A stretch of 64,000 bases of DNA from Azolla caroliniana (Eukaryota; Plantae; Polypodiophyta), in the NCBI GenBank assembly GCA_043228905.1, contig JBHGNT010000012.1, forward strand, positions 18,042,001 to 18,106,000. Direction: 5' to 3'. Below, piece after piece: positions 62,674-64,000 of the stretch. The notes under the pieces are model-generated. The model had not been told where the DNA came from. It did no database searches and saw only the letters and a list, made by a program, of their open reading frames with translations. How positions within the stretch are numbered: the first letter of the stretch is position 1; each line of letters starts with the position of its first letter. The translations under genes and the position numbers were made by a program.

Positions 62674-64000
62674 CATTTAATATAATTAGCATCCCAGAAC
62701 ACCCCATTGGTTTAGGATTACCATGGTTCGAATTACATAACCCAAACATAGATTGGAGAACAAGAGAAATCCGGTATCGAAAAGCCCGAGGGTCTACTCA
62801 TGAGATTGCAACCATTTTGCTACATCAGTTGTGGGAAGAAGGACGCAAGGAAGAAATGTTTCTCTTCGCAATATCAGTAAAGACCTCAGACACCATTAAA
62901 GAGGAGTCCACTATTCAACTTCCAAAGAAGTATCATCATTATGCCGATGTGTTCGATAAAGTACAAGCCAATACGCTTCCTCACCATCGACCGTATGATT
63001 GCCCCATCGATTTACAACCGGGGAAAGAGCCACCATGGGGACTGATCTACAATTTGTCACCAACCGAGCTAGAAGTCCTACGAGCCTATATAGAGGAGAA
63101 TTTGGAAAATGGTTTCATTCGGCATTCGAAATCTCCAGCCGGCGCACCCATTTTCTTCGTCAAGAAAAAGGATGGATCACTTCGTCTCATTCTAGATTAC
63201 CGTGGCTTGAATAAGGTTACAATCAGAAATAGGTATGCACTTCCCCTTATCTCAAGTCTTTTAGAACGGATCAATGGTGCAAGGTTCTTCATGAAGATCG
63301 ACTTACGGGGGGGAGCCTATAACCTCGTACGGATCCGACCAGGAGATGAATGGAAGACCGCGTTTCGCACCAGATATGGGCACTTCGAGTATACAGTCAT
63401 GTCGTTTGGCCTCACTAATGGCAAATGATATGGAAAATGATATATTCTGAGATCTCTTGGATGTTTGTTTGATGATCTATTTGGATGATCTACTGGTTTA
63501 TTCGAAGACCCAAGAAGAGCATGATTCTCATGTATTGTTAGTACTAAAACGACTTCGAGAACATAGTCTTTATGCAAAGCTGGAAAAATGTAGTTTTGGG
63601 TGCAACCAGGTGGAATTTCTGGGCTATGTCATTTCCTCGGAAGGCATCTCCATGGACCCAGCTAAGGTCAAAACTATGGTAGAGTGGCAGACTCCGTATT
63701 TGATGCGAGATGTGCAATGCTTTTTAGGCTTTGCCAATTTTTACCGGAAGTTCATACAGGATTACTCAAAGCTCGTTTTGCCTCTCAAACAACTTACCAA
63801 GAAGGGACAATTGTTCGTTTGGTCTGAAGAAGTGGACATGGATTTCGAGAGTCTTAAGAAGGCATTTACATCGGCTCCAATTCTACCTCATGTCGATCCG
63901 GAAAAACCATTCATTCTCGAAGCAAACGCGTCGTATTTCGCATTGGGGAGCATTTTGTCACAACGGGGTAATGATGAGAAGCTACAGCCTGTGGCTTTTC
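62674..64000 (+). mobile_element. Tcn1-like chromovirus PR-RT-RNase H fragment
   Basis: [74 protein letters not shown]. Confidence 0.93.

Overview
Eukaryotic, plant-type genomic DNA. The element clades suggest a non-seed land plant such as a fern, but this is inference. The window is mostly a nested retrotransposon cluster: several Ty1/copia families (including a young Tork/Tto1-like family with an uninterrupted gag-pol ORF), Ty3/gypsy elements (Tcn1-like chromoviruses, a Tat/Athila-type element with extra ORFs, and a gypsy with a fungal-like RT), two LINE clades, solo LTRs with target-site duplications (TSDs), and a 100-N assembly gap. Host-like sequence is limited to a GH17 beta-1,3-glucanase pseudogene (with a possible divergent GH17-like fragment) and an intronless TFIIS-N/MED26-like ORF. 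Most notable: (i) five tRNA-like A-box/B-box modules, at least two lying antisense at the outer U3 edge of LTRs; (ii) a Tf1-type self-priming signature in a TSD-flanked chromovirus; (iii) an apparently spliced coiled-coil extra ORF downstream of integrase in the Tat/Athila-type element. All family assignments come from motif recognition by eye, without database searches.
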